Source: Shigella phage phi2457T
Direction: 5' to 3' (one strand)
Sequence record: MH917278
Length of the DNA stretch: 50,219 bases
This document shows, in pieces, positions 35,527 to 44,807 of this stretch. The notes beneath the pieces are model-generated. The model ran no database searches. It had not been told where the DNA came from and was given only the letters and a program-made list of their open reading frames with translations. Position 1 is the first letter of the stretch. Every line of letters starts with the position of its first letter. Made by a program: the position numbers and the translations under genes.

Positions 35527-36459
35527 GAGTAGGTCACTTGCTGAGAATAACTTAGCTTGCATTCCTGAACGGTATCCTCCAGGATTCGGGATGATTATTT
35601 TTAATTGCCGGTCGTCAGCCATGTATAAAGTATCCTTATCTGAAGGTTCGCACGCCACTCTTACCTCGCGATCTCCTTTGTATCTGTACGCAACCATTTC
35701 GAGATTTTCAGGAGTGAAGCAGGCCCACACCTCTTGCTTTGTGTGAAATGCAATATGCTGAGCATCAATCCAATTAAGGCATAAGTAGATCGCTTTTTCA
35801 GTTTTACCAGTCACAGCAACCGAGCAACTTGTGTATTTCTTAGCGTAAAATGACTCCCTTCCTTCCTCGTCAATAATCAAAATATTGCAAAACTCGTCAT
35901 CAAGCCCGTCCTCATGCACAAGTTGACACGGGATAGTGTGAAATACGCTCTCCCCGCCATCGTCGCGACGTTTTACGCCAACGTCGAATGATTCAGTAGG
36001 TAGCGATTCAAACATGCTTAGAGGCGTCTTTACGCGCTTCTCTGTGCGCTCCATGACTTTCATCACCGCTTCATGATCTGCCATCATGACATTGACACCA
36101 GATACCGGAGTTCGGCGCGCTTTCTTGTTTGCCTTGACGATGTATTCCTGCGGAACTTTTCCGAGAAATCTTCCCAATATATTTATGCATTCGCTATACG
36201 GCATACCAGTTAATTTCATCAACCAACCGATCCCGGAGTCGTTACCGCATGAGTTGCAGATTGCACCGCCGTCTCCTGGGGTATTCAGGTTGTCGGTCCA
36301 GCGAAAACGGTCTTTACCTCCACAGTTGGGGCAAGGTTGGTGCTTCTTGTTGAATACCTCGTTAGGCAATCCGCAGACTGACTGAAAAGCCTCACGCCAT
36401 AACCCCTTCATATACGGCAAGACGTCCTCTTTCTGAAACATCATAAACTCTTCGTTCAC
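35524..36459 (-). CDS. putative DNA primase (zinc-binding N-terminal domain)
   Basis: 311 aa; CPNCGGKDRF...CNSCGN zinc-ribbon near N-terminus; adjacent to helicase gene. Confidence 0.45.
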   Translation of the reverse strand: MNEEFMMFQKEDVLPYMKGLWREAFQSVCGLPNEVFNKKHQPCPNCGGKDRFRWTDNLNTPGDGGAICNSCGNDSGIGWLMKLTGMPYSECINILGRFLGKVPQEYIVKANKKARRTPVSGVNVMMADHEAVMKVMERTEKRVKTPLSMFESLPTESFDVGVKRRDDGGESVFHTIPCQLVHEDGLDDEFCNILIIDEEGRESFYAKKYTSCSVAVTGKTEKAIYLCLNWIDAQHIAFHTKQEVWACFTPENLEMVAYRYKGDREVRVACEPSDKDTLYMADDRQLKIIIPNPGGYRSGMQAKLFSASDLL

Positions 36460-36473
36460 TTCCAGATCTCCAA

Positions 36474-36512
36474 ATAAAAAACGCGTAGAAGGATGTTAAC
36501 CCGCTACGCGTC
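36474..36512 (-). terminator. rho-independent terminator (minus strand)
   Basis: Hairpin acgcgtag...ctacgcgt preceded on plus strand by A7. Confidence 0.5.
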
Positions 36513-36519
36513 GTTTGTT

Positions 36520-36972
36520 TTAACTAAAAATGCTATTCGTCGTTCCAATATCTTCCTTCTTCACGACTCGCATAAACTTCTTGTTTTTGCATCGCTTCTC
36601 AAGGCACTTTCCGTTCCCATCAAACTTCAGATCGAATCGTAGCCATGCCGCCCGGAATCCTTTGCAACCCTGTCGGCGGTAAGCACGATGCGCTGCTTCA
36701 GCGCCTTGCCATGAAATCATATTGCGATCTTTCCAGCCTTGCACCGTCTGATTGCTAACTTTTAGAGCCTTTGCGCAGGCCGCAGGACCACCGTAATATT
36801 CGATAAGAGCATCCAATCGCGCTCTCAGTCCTGCGCGCGTTTCTTCTTTATGGATATAAAATCCGCAGCGCTGGCGAGGCTTTTTATCTTTACCGCGTCG
36901 TGTTCCGTTGTTACCATTGATGTGACGTTTATCGATTTCACCAGTAGACTCTGCGATACGTTTCATATTCAT
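36520..36972 (-). CDS. HTH DNA-binding protein (Cro/YdaS-like)
   Basis: Internal ATG with SD caggag; segment CAKALKVSNQTVQGWKDRNMIS looks like a helix-turn-helix. Confidence 0.45.
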   Translation of the reverse strand: MNMKRIAESTGEIDKRHINGNNGTRRGKDKKPRQRCGFYIHKEETRAGLRARLDALIEYYGGPAACAKALKVSNQTVQGWKDRNMISWQGAEAAHRAYRRQGCKGFRAAWLRFDLKFDGNGKCLEKRCKNKKFMRVVKKEDIGTTNSIFS

Positions 36973-36985
36973 CTTAATTCTCCTG

Positions 36986-37005
36986 TAGCACTTTTTGCTA
37001 AAAAC
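36986..37005 (+). promoter_or_regulatory. conserved intergenic element copy upstream of helicase
   Basis: tagcactttttgctaaaaac in divergent region. Confidence 0.45.
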
Positions 37006-37066
37006 GTTTACTGTATGCCGTGTATTATATCGTAAACGATACAACGATTCAAAGGATTAAATAGCC

Positions 37067-39085
37067 GTGACAATTAACATCAAAAAGCAAATCGCATTAC
37101 TTGGCGAGGACTATATAAAACGCACTCAAGAACGATTCACTGTTGGTGAGGTCGTTCCGTATCCGTACCAGGTTGTTGCTTATGCTGAGATCGCAAAACG
37201 CCTATCAAATTATGAGCATCCATTCTTTGTTAAAGCGTCAGTATCGGCGGGTAAGACCATCATTTTTGCTATGGTTGCAAAGCAGTGTCAAAAAATGGGC
37301 TTGAAAATGCTTGTGCTGGCACGCCAGGGTGAGATTGTCGATCAGGATAGTGAAGAGATCGACAATTTCGGGGTGACTAACTCTATATTCTCAGCGTCAC
37401 TTGGAATCAAGTCTTGCTACTTCCCGATCGTGGTAGGCTCTGAGGGTACTGTTGCAAATGGTTTAAATAATGAGCTAGCTGATTTTGTCCCTCACGTAAT
37501 CGGGATAGATGAATGTCACCAGGTGGATTGGGAAGACCTTGCACAAGCCATAGATGGCAAGGAAACGATGGAACAGATGCGGGAAGAGAAGGGAAAAATC
37601 ATTATGAATGGGGAGGTTCCTCTGATTGGTAATGATGGGAAGCCTCTACTTGGAACTAAGCGAAGCCAATACACGATCGTAATCATGGAAATGATGCGCC
37701 GCTGCAAAGAAACTCACGGTCACGACCTCAGAATATTTGGTATGACTGGATCTGAATTTCGTGGCGTAGTTCCTATTCTTGTTGAGAATCCAAAGGCGTT
37801 AGGCTTCTGGCGTGAGCGCGTTACTGATATAGACACCAACTACCTTATTGAGTTTGGCTCAGTTGTTCCTACTATATTCGGCTCGACGGACGGAGTTCAC
37901 TACGATCTTGATAAATTTAAGGCATCAAGCGAGGATGGGGTACAGGACTTTACAGAGAAAGATATGAAGGCAATGGAAGATGAGATCCTTCATGATAAAT
38001 CTCTTACTCAGCGAATCATGCAAATGGTTGCTAAAAAGGCTGAAGAGCGTAACGCAGTCCTGATTACATGCGCTGGGGTGCGTCACTGCAAAGAGGCGGC
38101 AGCGGCACTACCGCCTGGAAGCACATATGCAATTATTACTGGCGACACAGACACTAAAACGCGCAAGAAGATTCTTGATGATGTGAGGGCAGGGAAAATT
38201 AAATACACCTTTCAGGTCATGGCGCTAACTACTGGCGTTAACGTTCCAAACTGGGATTTCAGTGTAATACTTCGCAAGATAGGATCTCTCACCTTGCTGA
38301 TTCAGCTTTTGGGTAGGGGTATGCGACTTCTTAAATCATGGCAGGTTGCTGAAGGGATGGTTAAGCAAGACCATCTTGTATGGGATTTCGCAGGCACGAT
38401 GGATGAGTTGGGGCAGCTTTATTTCGATCCTATACTTGAGCAGGCTCAGTTCCAGAAGCGATTTGAGAACGGAAAAGACCCGAAAAAGTGTCCGAAATGT
38501 GGTTGCGTAAATAGCTTCTACGCTCGCCGATGCGTTAACGTTATCGACGGTGAACGCTGCGATCATTTCTGGACTTCTCAGATTTGCGAGGACCAGGTTG
38601 ATGAACGTACCGGGAAAATTCTTGTTAAAGGGTGCGGTGCCGAGAATGACGTTGTTGCCCGAGTCTGTCGCTGTTGCGATGTTTCTCTTGTTGATCCTAA
38701 CCTTAAGTTATCCGGTAAGGCGTACACTAAGAATGACTGGTACGAGGTCAAGAATTTTGAAGTTACGTTAACCAAAAACCAAAATGGTGTGATATACAAA
38801 TACACACTTATTAACGACGATGGTGATGAGTTCAAGGCGTATGAAAAATTCTTCCCTGAGTCAGACTCTAAGATTTGCGGTACGCTATGGAAAACGAAAG
38901 GAGTATTACCTCACGTATCAGATCCTAAAATGCGTCGCTACTTTATCGGAATGAAGAACGCTATCAAGATCGTGCAATACGCTCATCATATAGCGCATCC
39001 GGTACGCGTTACTCATAGACGCAACCAGAAGAAAGAAGATATTATTTCACGCAAAGATTTCGGTATGGAGGATATCCCGGAATGA
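37067..39085 (+). CDS. superfamily-2 DNA helicase
   Basis: 672 aa; Walker A SAGKT, DEAH-type motif IGIDECHQV, Cys-rich zinc-ribbon near C-terminus; GTG start inferred from ORF track. Confidence 0.75.
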   Translation: MTINIKKQIALLGEDYIKRTQERFTVGEVVPYPYQVVAYAEIAKRLSNYEHPFFVKASVSAGKTIIFAMVAKQCQKMGLKMLVLARQGEIVDQDSEEIDNFGVTNSIFSASLGIKSCYFPIVVGSEGTVANGLNNELADFVPHVIGIDECHQVDWEDLAQAIDGKETMEQMREEKGKIIMNGEVPLIGNDGKPLLGTKRSQYTIVIMEMMRRCKETHGHDLRIFGMTGSEFRGVVPILVENPKALGFWRERVTDIDTNYLIEFGSVVPTIFGSTDGVHYDLDKFKASSEDGVQDFTEKDMKAMEDEILHDKSLTQRIMQMVAKKAEERNAVLITCAGVRHCKEAAAALPPGSTYAIITGDTDTKTRKKILDDVRAGKIKYTFQVMALTTGVNVPNWDFSVILRKIGSLTLLIQLLGRGMRLLKSWQVAEGMVKQDHLVWDFAGTMDELGQLYFDPILEQAQFQKRFENGKDPKKCPKCGCVNSFYARRCVNVIDGERCDHFWTSQICEDQVDERTGKILVKGCGAENDVVARVCRCCDVSLVDPNLKLSGKAYTKNDWYEVKNFEVTLTKNQNGVIYKYTLINDDGDEFKAYEKFFPESDSKICGTLWKTKGVLPHVSDPKMRRYFIGMKNAIKIVQYAHHIAHPVRVTHRRNQKKEDIISRKDFGMEDIPE

Positions 39086-39498
39086 TTACAGATAAAGGCG
39101 ATTACTTAGAGTTTTACGAGCGAGATCCTAGCGACACGCGAAAGGAGGACGCTCATCAAGTAGACTGCGTGTCCTGGTTGAAATACAATTTTCCTCAGCT
39201 TCTATTTTGGCACACAGTTAACGAAGGTGAAAAAACAATCACTTCGGCACTTAGGGATGAGCAGGCTGGATTACTTAAAGGCGTATCAGACTTTGTTATT
39301 CTGATTGGTATAAACTCACGTTACCCGTTCGCAGCTATCGAACTCAAGCGGGTTAATAAGTCCGGCAAAGGAAAGGCATCACCAGTCAGCGATAAGCAAA
39401 GGGAGTTTCTCAAAAAGGTTCGGGATCGCGGTGGATTCTCTGCCGTTGCATACGGATTTGAGCAATTCAAGCTGGCAATATACGATTTAACGAAATAG
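39082..39498 (+). CDS. VRR-NUC domain nuclease (putative)
   Basis: 138 aa; ...AAIELKRVNKSGKGKASPVSDKQREFLKKVRDRGGFSAVAYG resembles VRR-NUC; ATGA overlap with helicase. Confidence 0.5.
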   Translation: MITDKGDYLEFYERDPSDTRKEDAHQVDCVSWLKYNFPQLLFWHTVNEGEKTITSALRDEQAGLLKGVSDFVILIGINSRYPFAAIELKRVNKSGKGKASPVSDKQREFLKKVRDRGGFSAVAYGFEQFKLAIYDLTK

Positions 39499-39513
39499 CA
39501 CTTTTTGCTAAAC
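39495..39513 (+). promoter_or_regulatory. conserved intergenic element copy
   Basis: atagcactttttgctaaac then hairpin and leader caccgaaacgagagga. Confidence 0.5.
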
Positions 39514-39565
39514 ATGCCGGAATGGATTCTGGCATTATTATCTCACCGAAACGAGAGGATTAAAA

Positions 39566-40279
39566 ATGAAAGACTTTAATGATATCGAAACCATTGATTT
39601 TGCTGAAACTGGTTGCTCATTTACTCGCGAAGCAATAGCATCAGGCGGTTATTATCAGGCATTGAAAACCCCAACCTGCAAAGAGATTTCAGGACGTCGA
39701 TACAAGGGAACCAATACGCCGGATGCTGTTCGTGATTTATGGTCAACTCCACGAGAGGTTATCGCATATCTTGAGGGGCGCTACGGAAAATATGATCTAG
39801 ACGCTGCGGCAAGCGAAGAAAATAAAGTTTGCGAGAAGTTTTATTCCCAGGAAACAAACTGCTTAAAACGTTGGTGGGGTAAAAATAAGCACGTATGGTT
39901 AAATCCTCCTTACAGTCGACCTGATATATTCGTCAAGAAAGCGATTGAGCAAATGGAGCACAACAACCAGATCGATATTCTTTTACCTGCCGATAACTCG
40001 ACGGCGTGGTTTACTGAGGCTCGACAGCACGCGGCTGAAATCATCTGGATTGAAGCTGATTTGACTGAGGATATTGACGGAAATGAATACGCACGATCCG
40101 GTCGTCTGGCTTTCATATCAGGTGAAACTGGAAAAGCCGTAGACGGCAACAATAAAGGTTCGGTTATTTTTATTATGCGCGAACTTAAAGAAGGTGAGAC
40201 GCAACAGACTCACTACATCCCAATCACAAGCATTTGTCCTTCCGTTAAAAACAAACGAGCAAAGGTGAGAAAAGTATGA
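39566..40279 (+). CDS. dam: DNA N6-adenine methyltransferase (Dam-like)
   Basis: 237 aa with catalytic DPPY-type motif NPPYS; typical phage Dam size. Confidence 0.75.
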   Translation: MKDFNDIETIDFAETGCSFTREAIASGGYYQALKTPTCKEISGRRYKGTNTPDAVRDLWSTPREVIAYLEGRYGKYDLDAAASEENKVCEKFYSQETNCLKRWWGKNKHVWLNPPYSRPDIFVKKAIEQMEHNNQIDILLPADNSTAWFTEARQHAAEIIWIEADLTEDIDGNEYARSGRLAFISGETGKAVDGNNKGSVIFIMRELKEGETQQTHYIPITSICPSVKNKRAKVRKV

Positions 40280-40527
40280 TGAGCGAAAAAATGGTTCCTG
40301 TTAAATTAACTGATCAAGGGTTATGGCTTCTTTATCGCGCTACGTGCTGCGAAATTATGGAGAGAAACGGATTAACTCAAGATGTTATTGGTTGCGATTT
40401 ATGGGAGTTTACAAGTTCTCTTGATATGTCGTTCGATGAGATAAAGAATAAACACATAGAGCATTGGCCTTCAATCATTCAGAAAGACGTAGAAGAACTT
40501 AAATCCGACACGATCTTACAGCACTAA
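40276..40527 (+). CDS. hypothetical protein (83 aa)
   Basis: ORF track; ATGA overlap with dam. Confidence 0.4.
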   Translation: MMSEKMVPVKLTDQGLWLLYRATCCEIMERNGLTQDVIGCDLWEFTSSLDMSFDEIKNKHIEHWPSIIQKDVEELKSDTILQH

Positions 40528-40537
40528 TTGCTAAAAC
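40519..40537 (+). promoter_or_regulatory. conserved intergenic element copy
   Basis: cagcactaattgctaaaac overlapping stop codon, then hairpin acccg/cgggt and tatagt. Confidence 0.45.
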
Positions 40538-40593
40538 TACCCGGCGAAAGTCGGGTATAGTTATTTCATCAAAACGAAATGAGGAATAATAAG

Positions 40594-40803
40594 ATGGCAC
40601 GCATTAACGCAAACTTTTTCAATATCGCTCAGCAGTCTGCAAAAATGGCTGTTCATATCACTGAAAAGCAAGGCGGCAATTTTGATTGGGATATTGCTAT
40701 GAACTTCCTTAAAATGGCTTACTATCGCTGCTCAGTCAAAGATGTTGAGTGTTTTATTGAAAGCGTGGAGAAATTAACCAATGTTGATAAAAAAACAAGG
40801 TAA
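40594..40803 (+). CDS. hypothetical protein (69 aa)
   Basis: Internal ATG (MARINANFF) with SD gagga. Confidence 0.4.
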   Translation: MARINANFFNIAQQSAKMAVHITEKQGGNFDWDIAMNFLKMAYYRCSVKDVECFIESVEKLTNVDKKTR

Positions 40804-41053
40804 ACGCGAGGTTTGGGAGCACGCGAAGGAATGCGGAATCTCAGACGATATAGCACTAATAGCGAAATATTTCGATATAAAGGATGTTAGCATTATATCA
40901 AATGGCAAGATTTCATTTATGGAAGATATGCCGAGAAAAATGCATAGAGTGCCAGCAACTCCGTCACTTGAGTTTTATCGTGAAGAAGGAAAGAGAATTG
41001 AGCGAGAACGAAAAGCAGCAAAAAACAACAAGCCTTCCAGGCTTAAATATTAA
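40781..41053 (+). CDS. hypothetical protein; possibly 5' part of a frameshifted gene continuing to 41285
   Basis: ORF 40781..41053 is overlapped in the +1 frame by ORF 40884..41285, which lacks a credible start after 41053. Confidence 0.3.
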   Translation: MLIKKQGKREVWEHAKECGISDDIALIAKYFDIKDVSIISNGKISFMEDMPRKMHRVPATPSLEFYREEGKRIERERKAAKNNKPSRLKY

Positions 41054-41363
41054 CGCAGAAGATTATCATACTATCTGGATCGGAAAAAAGCAGGTTAAGA
41101 AAATCCCTTTCTCTGATTGGTTGCCTCCTGACTTCGTTAATGTGCTTTGCACTATCGGTATGGAACATGAGTTGCGTATAGGTTACTACTCACCTGGCAG
41201 AAACAGTATGATGCTTGAGGTTGACGGAAAGCTGGTTGAGTTTAAATCGTCAGATCTAGGATTCTGGTTAAAGGCTGTGGCATGAATCTTTATTTTGCTG
41301 TAGTATTAACACCGCTAATTTCATTTTCAGTAATGTATTTCATTATCATGTAAGGATTAAAAT

Positions 41364-42515
41364 ATGTCACAAGCTAAAATCACTACCGAGCAACTTATCG
41401 AAGAGCGCATGAGCGGCCTTACACTTCGCGAGATCGCGGAAAAGTACGGTATGCACATCCGCACAGTTGAAGCGCGTCACGCCAAACTTGCAAAAGAAGG
41501 TCACTTCCACGGTAACGAGCATGTTGCTAAGAACGTACCGGAAGGATTCATGGTAAAAGGAACATCAACGATGATTCGCGGCGATGGGACCGAGGTAGTG
41601 CGATGGGTTAAGACCGATCAGGACCGAGAGAAGATTGCTGCAATGATGGAAGCAGCGCGTATTGCATTCTGTGAAGACTTGCCGCGAGCAAAACCAACCG
41701 AGCTACTCACCTCGCAAGGGCTTACAACCGCTATTGGCAAGCTGGCACTCTACCCGGTGTTCGATCTTCACATTGGCGCGCTTGCTCACAAGCATGAATG
41801 CGGAGAGAACTACTCTACAGACGTAGCGGAAAAAGTGCTGAATGACTTCTTTAACTACGCGATCGATATTGCCCCGAACGCAGAGAAGGCTGTTCTGTTA
41901 ATCGGAGGCGACTTCCTTCACTCAGACGGTCTTGATGCTGTTACCCCGGCAAGTGGTCACGTTCTGGATCAGGATTCACGATATGCGAAATTGGTGCATG
42001 TGGCTATTCGATCGGTGCGACGAGCTATCGACAAAATGCTGACTAAACACAAAGAGGTCGAAGTTCAGGTTATCGAAGGGAACCACGACCAGGCCGGAAT
42101 GATTTGGCTACGCGCTGCAATGGCTGCATACTATGAGGACGAGCCGCGAGTATTCGTTGACGTTAGTCCTATGATTCTGCATAAGACCCGCTGGGGAAAT
42201 ACCTTGTTGGGATACACTCACGGTCACACGATGAAAAAGGCAGACACGCGACTTGCAGCGATGGCAGCAGATTTCCGCGCAGATTTTGGTGAAAGCAAAT
42301 ACGTGTACACGCATAGCGGACACTGGCATCATCAGACAATTACTGAACACTCGTTAGGTATTGATGAAGTGCACGGTCAGTTAGGCGCGAAGGATGCATA
42401 CGCAGCACGCGGAGGGTGGCGCTCATATCGCCAGGCGGCGGTAATTGTTTACGATAAGCAATTTGGGGAAATCGGTCGTTTCATCTATCGTCCAGAAATG
42501 ACAGGATCGCACTAA
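41364..42515 (+). CDS. metallophosphoesterase-family protein with N-terminal HTH domain
   Basis: N-terminus LTLREIAEKYGMHIRTVEARH (HTH-like); phosphoesterase motifs DLHIGALAH, GGDFLHSDG, EGNHD (GNHD as in Mre11/SbcD-type enzymes). Confidence 0.5.
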   Translation: MSQAKITTEQLIEERMSGLTLREIAEKYGMHIRTVEARHAKLAKEGHFHGNEHVAKNVPEGFMVKGTSTMIRGDGTEVVRWVKTDQDREKIAAMMEAARIAFCEDLPRAKPTELLTSQGLTTAIGKLALYPVFDLHIGALAHKHECGENYSTDVAEKVLNDFFNYAIDIAPNAEKAVLLIGGDFLHSDGLDAVTPASGHVLDQDSRYAKLVHVAIRSVRRAIDKMLTKHKEVEVQVIEGNHDQAGMIWLRAAMAAYYEDEPRVFVDVSPMILHKTRWGNTLLGYTHGHTMKKADTRLAAMAADFRADFGESKYVYTHSGHWHHQTITEHSLGIDEVHGQLGAKDAYAARGGWRSYRQAAVIVYDKQFGEIGRFIYRPEMTGSH

Positions 42516-42526
42516 TTGATAAAAAC
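42507..42526 (+). promoter_or_regulatory. conserved intergenic element copy (degenerate)
   Basis: tcgcactaattgataaaaac then gggtatagt and leader catcgaaaacaaagagga. Confidence 0.4.
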
Positions 42527-42578
42527 ACCAGAAGGGATTCGGGTATAGTAACAACATCGAAAACAAAGAGGATATATC

Positions 42579-42755
42579 ATGAAGCGAGTTAAGTGCATCC
42601 GAAATGATTCCAAAACGCTTCCATTCCGCGTAAATCAGATCTATAGTGTCGGTTATGATTTCGGAGGTGGATTGTTTGAGATTTACGATGGTAGAGGTTC
42701 AACAATCAAAGCTCCTATGAACGGTCATTACCTGGAATTTATTGAGCTAGATTAA
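42579..42755 (+). CDS. small paralogous-family protein (58 aa)
   Basis: ATG after conserved leader; MKRVKCIRNDSKTLPFRVNQIYSVGYDFGGG matches the KC(I/V)...G.IY family motif. Confidence 0.4.
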   Translation: MKRVKCIRNDSKTLPFRVNQIYSVGYDFGGGLFEIYDGRGSTIKAPMNGHYLEFIELD

Positions 42756-42873
42756 CAATATCATTCATAACCTTACGGGCTGGCATGGTTTACATGCTGG
42801 CCTTTTTGCGTTGTGTCAAATATATTTGAGGGTTAAAATCAACTCACTTGTTCAAAAAATAAATGGTGATATT

Positions 42874-43089
42874 ATGAAAGAGTTTTTAACTGCGGCGACG
42901 TCCAGCACTGGCGGTGCTTCACTAGTCGGTGCCGCTACTGGGCAACTTTATATTGCTGGCGCTACATTCATTTGCTTTCTTCTTTTTGGCGTATGGGGCG
43001 CGTACTGGAAGTATCGAGATAGCAAGGCAATCCAGGAGGCGCTAAACGATGGCGATCTTAATAAGGCGCTTAGGATTAGGGGGCGATAA
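42874..43089 (+). CDS. holin (pinholin-like, two TMDs)
   Basis: 71 aa; TMD1 Gly/Ala-rich [21 protein letters not shown]2 [15 protein letters not shown], charged C-terminus; directly upstream of endolysin. Confidence 0.55.
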   Translation: MKEFLTAATSSTGGASLVGAATGQLYIAGATFICFLLFGVWGAYWKYRDSKAIQEALNDGDLNKALRIRGR

Positions 43090-43577
43090 TGGGATTAAAA
43101 AATAACGTTATAGGCGCATCGATCGGGGCTGCTTTGACTTTGACACCTACACTACTGGAACGAATCGAAGGGATAGAATACGAAGTGTATTACGATATAG
43201 CCGGAGTCCCTACAGTATGCAGCGGAATAACCGGGCCGGACGTCATACCTGGCAAGAAATACACTAAGCGAGAATGCGATGCATTACTGATAAAACATAT
43301 CGGCGTCGCTCAGCGATACGTTGACAAGAAGGTTAAGGTTGAAATTCCGGTAACGATGCGCGCCTCACTCTACAGCTTTACTTTCAACGTTGGTACTGGC
43401 GCATTCGGATCTTCTACAATGCTTAAGCTAATCAATCAGAGTAAGCACAAGGAGGCGTGCAATCAGTTATGGCGATGGGTATACTACTACAATCCAAAAA
43501 CAAAAAAGCGCGAAGTGTCTAGAGGACTCAAGAACCGACGCGCTGAAGAATACGCGTATTGCGTTAAGGAATTATGA
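43089..43577 (+). CDS. endolysin, lysozyme (T4/P1 lysozyme-like) with SAR-like N-terminus
   Basis: Catalytic region [23 protein letters not shown] matches the E-D-T signature of phage lysozymes; N-terminal [17 protein letters not shown] is weakly hydrophobic and Gly/Ala-rich. Confidence 0.8.
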   Translation: MGLKNNVIGASIGAALTLTPTLLERIEGIEYEVYYDIAGVPTVCSGITGPDVIPGKKYTKRECDALLIKHIGVAQRYVDKKVKVEIPVTMRASLYSFTFNVGTGAFGSSTMLKLINQSKHKEACNQLWRWVYYYNPKTKKREVSRGLKNRRAEEYAYCVKEL

Positions 43578-43978
43578 TGAAACTGAAGAAAACGTGCATT
43601 GCGATTGCAGTGGCTGTTGGTGTTATTTCTCTATCCGGTTGCTCGACGGCATCTGCTCTGAGCGGTTTACTTTCTGACTCCCCGGATGTTACTGCGCAGG
43701 TTGGCGCTGAGAACACTAAGCAACTGGCGGGAGTTACTGCAAAGGCCGACGATAAGCGAGAAGTGAAGGTGAGTGATTCAAATATTGGCAAGATTGACTC
43801 ATCCGTCAAGAAGTCTGTGGAAGTGTCAACCATTCAGGCTAACACGGTTAACGCTGAAAGCATCACGGTAACAAAACCGGGGAACTGGTACGATGCAATT
43901 GTAGGGTGGACTCTCGTTTTTATTGGCCTGTTGATGATTTATTTTTCACTTCGTAAGAACGGAAAAAAGGAGGCTTAG
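43574..43978 (+). CDS. unimolecular spanin (u-spanin, T1 gp11-like)
   Basis: N-terminal lipoprotein signal with lipobox LSGC plus C-terminal [16 protein letters not shown] in the same polypeptide; last gene of lysis cassette. Confidence 0.7.
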   Translation: MMKLKKTCIAIAVAVGVISLSGCSTASALSGLLSDSPDVTAQVGAENTKQLAGVTAKADDKREVKVSDSNIGKIDSSVKKSVEVSTIQANTVNAESITVTKPGNWYDAIVGWTLVFIGLLMIYFSLRKNGKKEA

Positions 43979-43993
43979 CCTCCTTTTCTTTTA
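43962..43993. terminator. bidirectional terminator
   Basis: Hairpin aaggaggcttagcctcctt flanked by A-run and T-rich run between convergent genes. Confidence 0.6.
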
Positions 43994-44206
43994 TGCGTCT
44001 TCCCACATATAACTTTCGTTCGTGAGTTTTGCGTATTCGCGAACCTCAATCTCGCAGGTGTCGCCGTACATCTCAGCGACCTTCTTCTCGTTCGCTACCG
44101 CCGTTTCTTCAGTCCATCCATCATCCTTGCTGTAAAGGGTAGGAATCTCACTACTAGTGCCGTTAGAGTGGTTGTAAACGCGAACTACTAAAAATTTGTC
44201 AGCCAT
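43991..44206 (-). CDS. hypothetical protein (71 aa)
   Basis: ORF track; preceded on minus strand by conserved element, hairpin acccgatc/gatcgggt and SD. Confidence 0.4.
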   Translation of the reverse strand: MADKFLVVRVYNHSNGTSSEIPTLYSKDDGWTEETAVANEKKVAEMYGDTCEIEVREYAKLTNESYMWEDA

Positions 44207-44270
44207 GATGTTTTCCTTCAGGTCGTTTAATTTCGATGAAACAAATATACCCGATACGAGATCGGGTGTT

Positions 44271-44288
44271 TTAACAAAAAGTGCTATT
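44271..44288 (-). promoter_or_regulatory. conserved intergenic element copy (minus orientation)
   Basis: Plus strand ttaacaaaaagtgctatt = reverse complement AATAGCACTTTTTGTTAA. Confidence 0.5.
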
Positions 44289-44395
44289 TGTACCTTTTTA
44301 CGTGAAGGAGTAACTCCCCCTCCTTATCGCAAAGATTATGCTCGCTTTCGTTACTGGACCTCATTGAAGTGAGTAACAGACTCAACAACCCTTGC

Positions 44396-44803
44396 TCAAA
44401 TTCTTCTTTCGTAAGCTGGAGCCTTGCGCACAATTCGACGTTCCGATCTATCAATGTTTCTACGTTCGCCAAACAAATCTTCATCACTCATCTCTCCAAT
44501 GTGCATCATTTCCCACGTATACCGATTGTTGTAGCCATCAATACACATCAGCTTCATCATTACCGGGCGCTTAATCTTTCCCTTGCACCAGTAAACTCCA
44601 TCCTTGCGATCTAAGTAACCCTCAGTCACGCAACGAGCGCAAAACTCCTTAGATAGCGCGCTTGTAAATTCACGGCGAGTCATTCCAGCAGCCTTAGCAA
44701 AACGCTCACTTTCCTTGTGGGCGTATATAAATTTCGCTATGTGCTGTCGAGTGTATTTGTCGTAACCTTCGCAGAACCTGAACAGATCTAAAAGAAGAAG
44801 CAT
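44396..44803 (-). CDS. hypothetical Cys-containing protein (135 aa)
   Basis: ORF track; translationally coupled to upstream gene; several Cys (CARCV, WCKG, MCIDG). Confidence 0.4.
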   Translation of the reverse strand: MLLLLDLFRFCEGYDKYTRQHIAKFIYAHKESERFAKAAGMTRREFTSALSKEFCARCVTEGYLDRKDGVYWCKGKIKRPVMMKLMCIDGYNNRYTWEMMHIGEMSDEDLFGERRNIDRSERRIVRKAPAYERRI

Positions 44804-44807
44804 ATTA

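Noticed and set aside
44284-44487. Minus-strand ORF overlapping the 3' end of gene 44396..44803
   Set aside because: It overlaps the longer gene by about 90 nt in another frame, has no SD, and the region is better explained as the 3' end of the upstream gene plus its conserved intergenic cassette.
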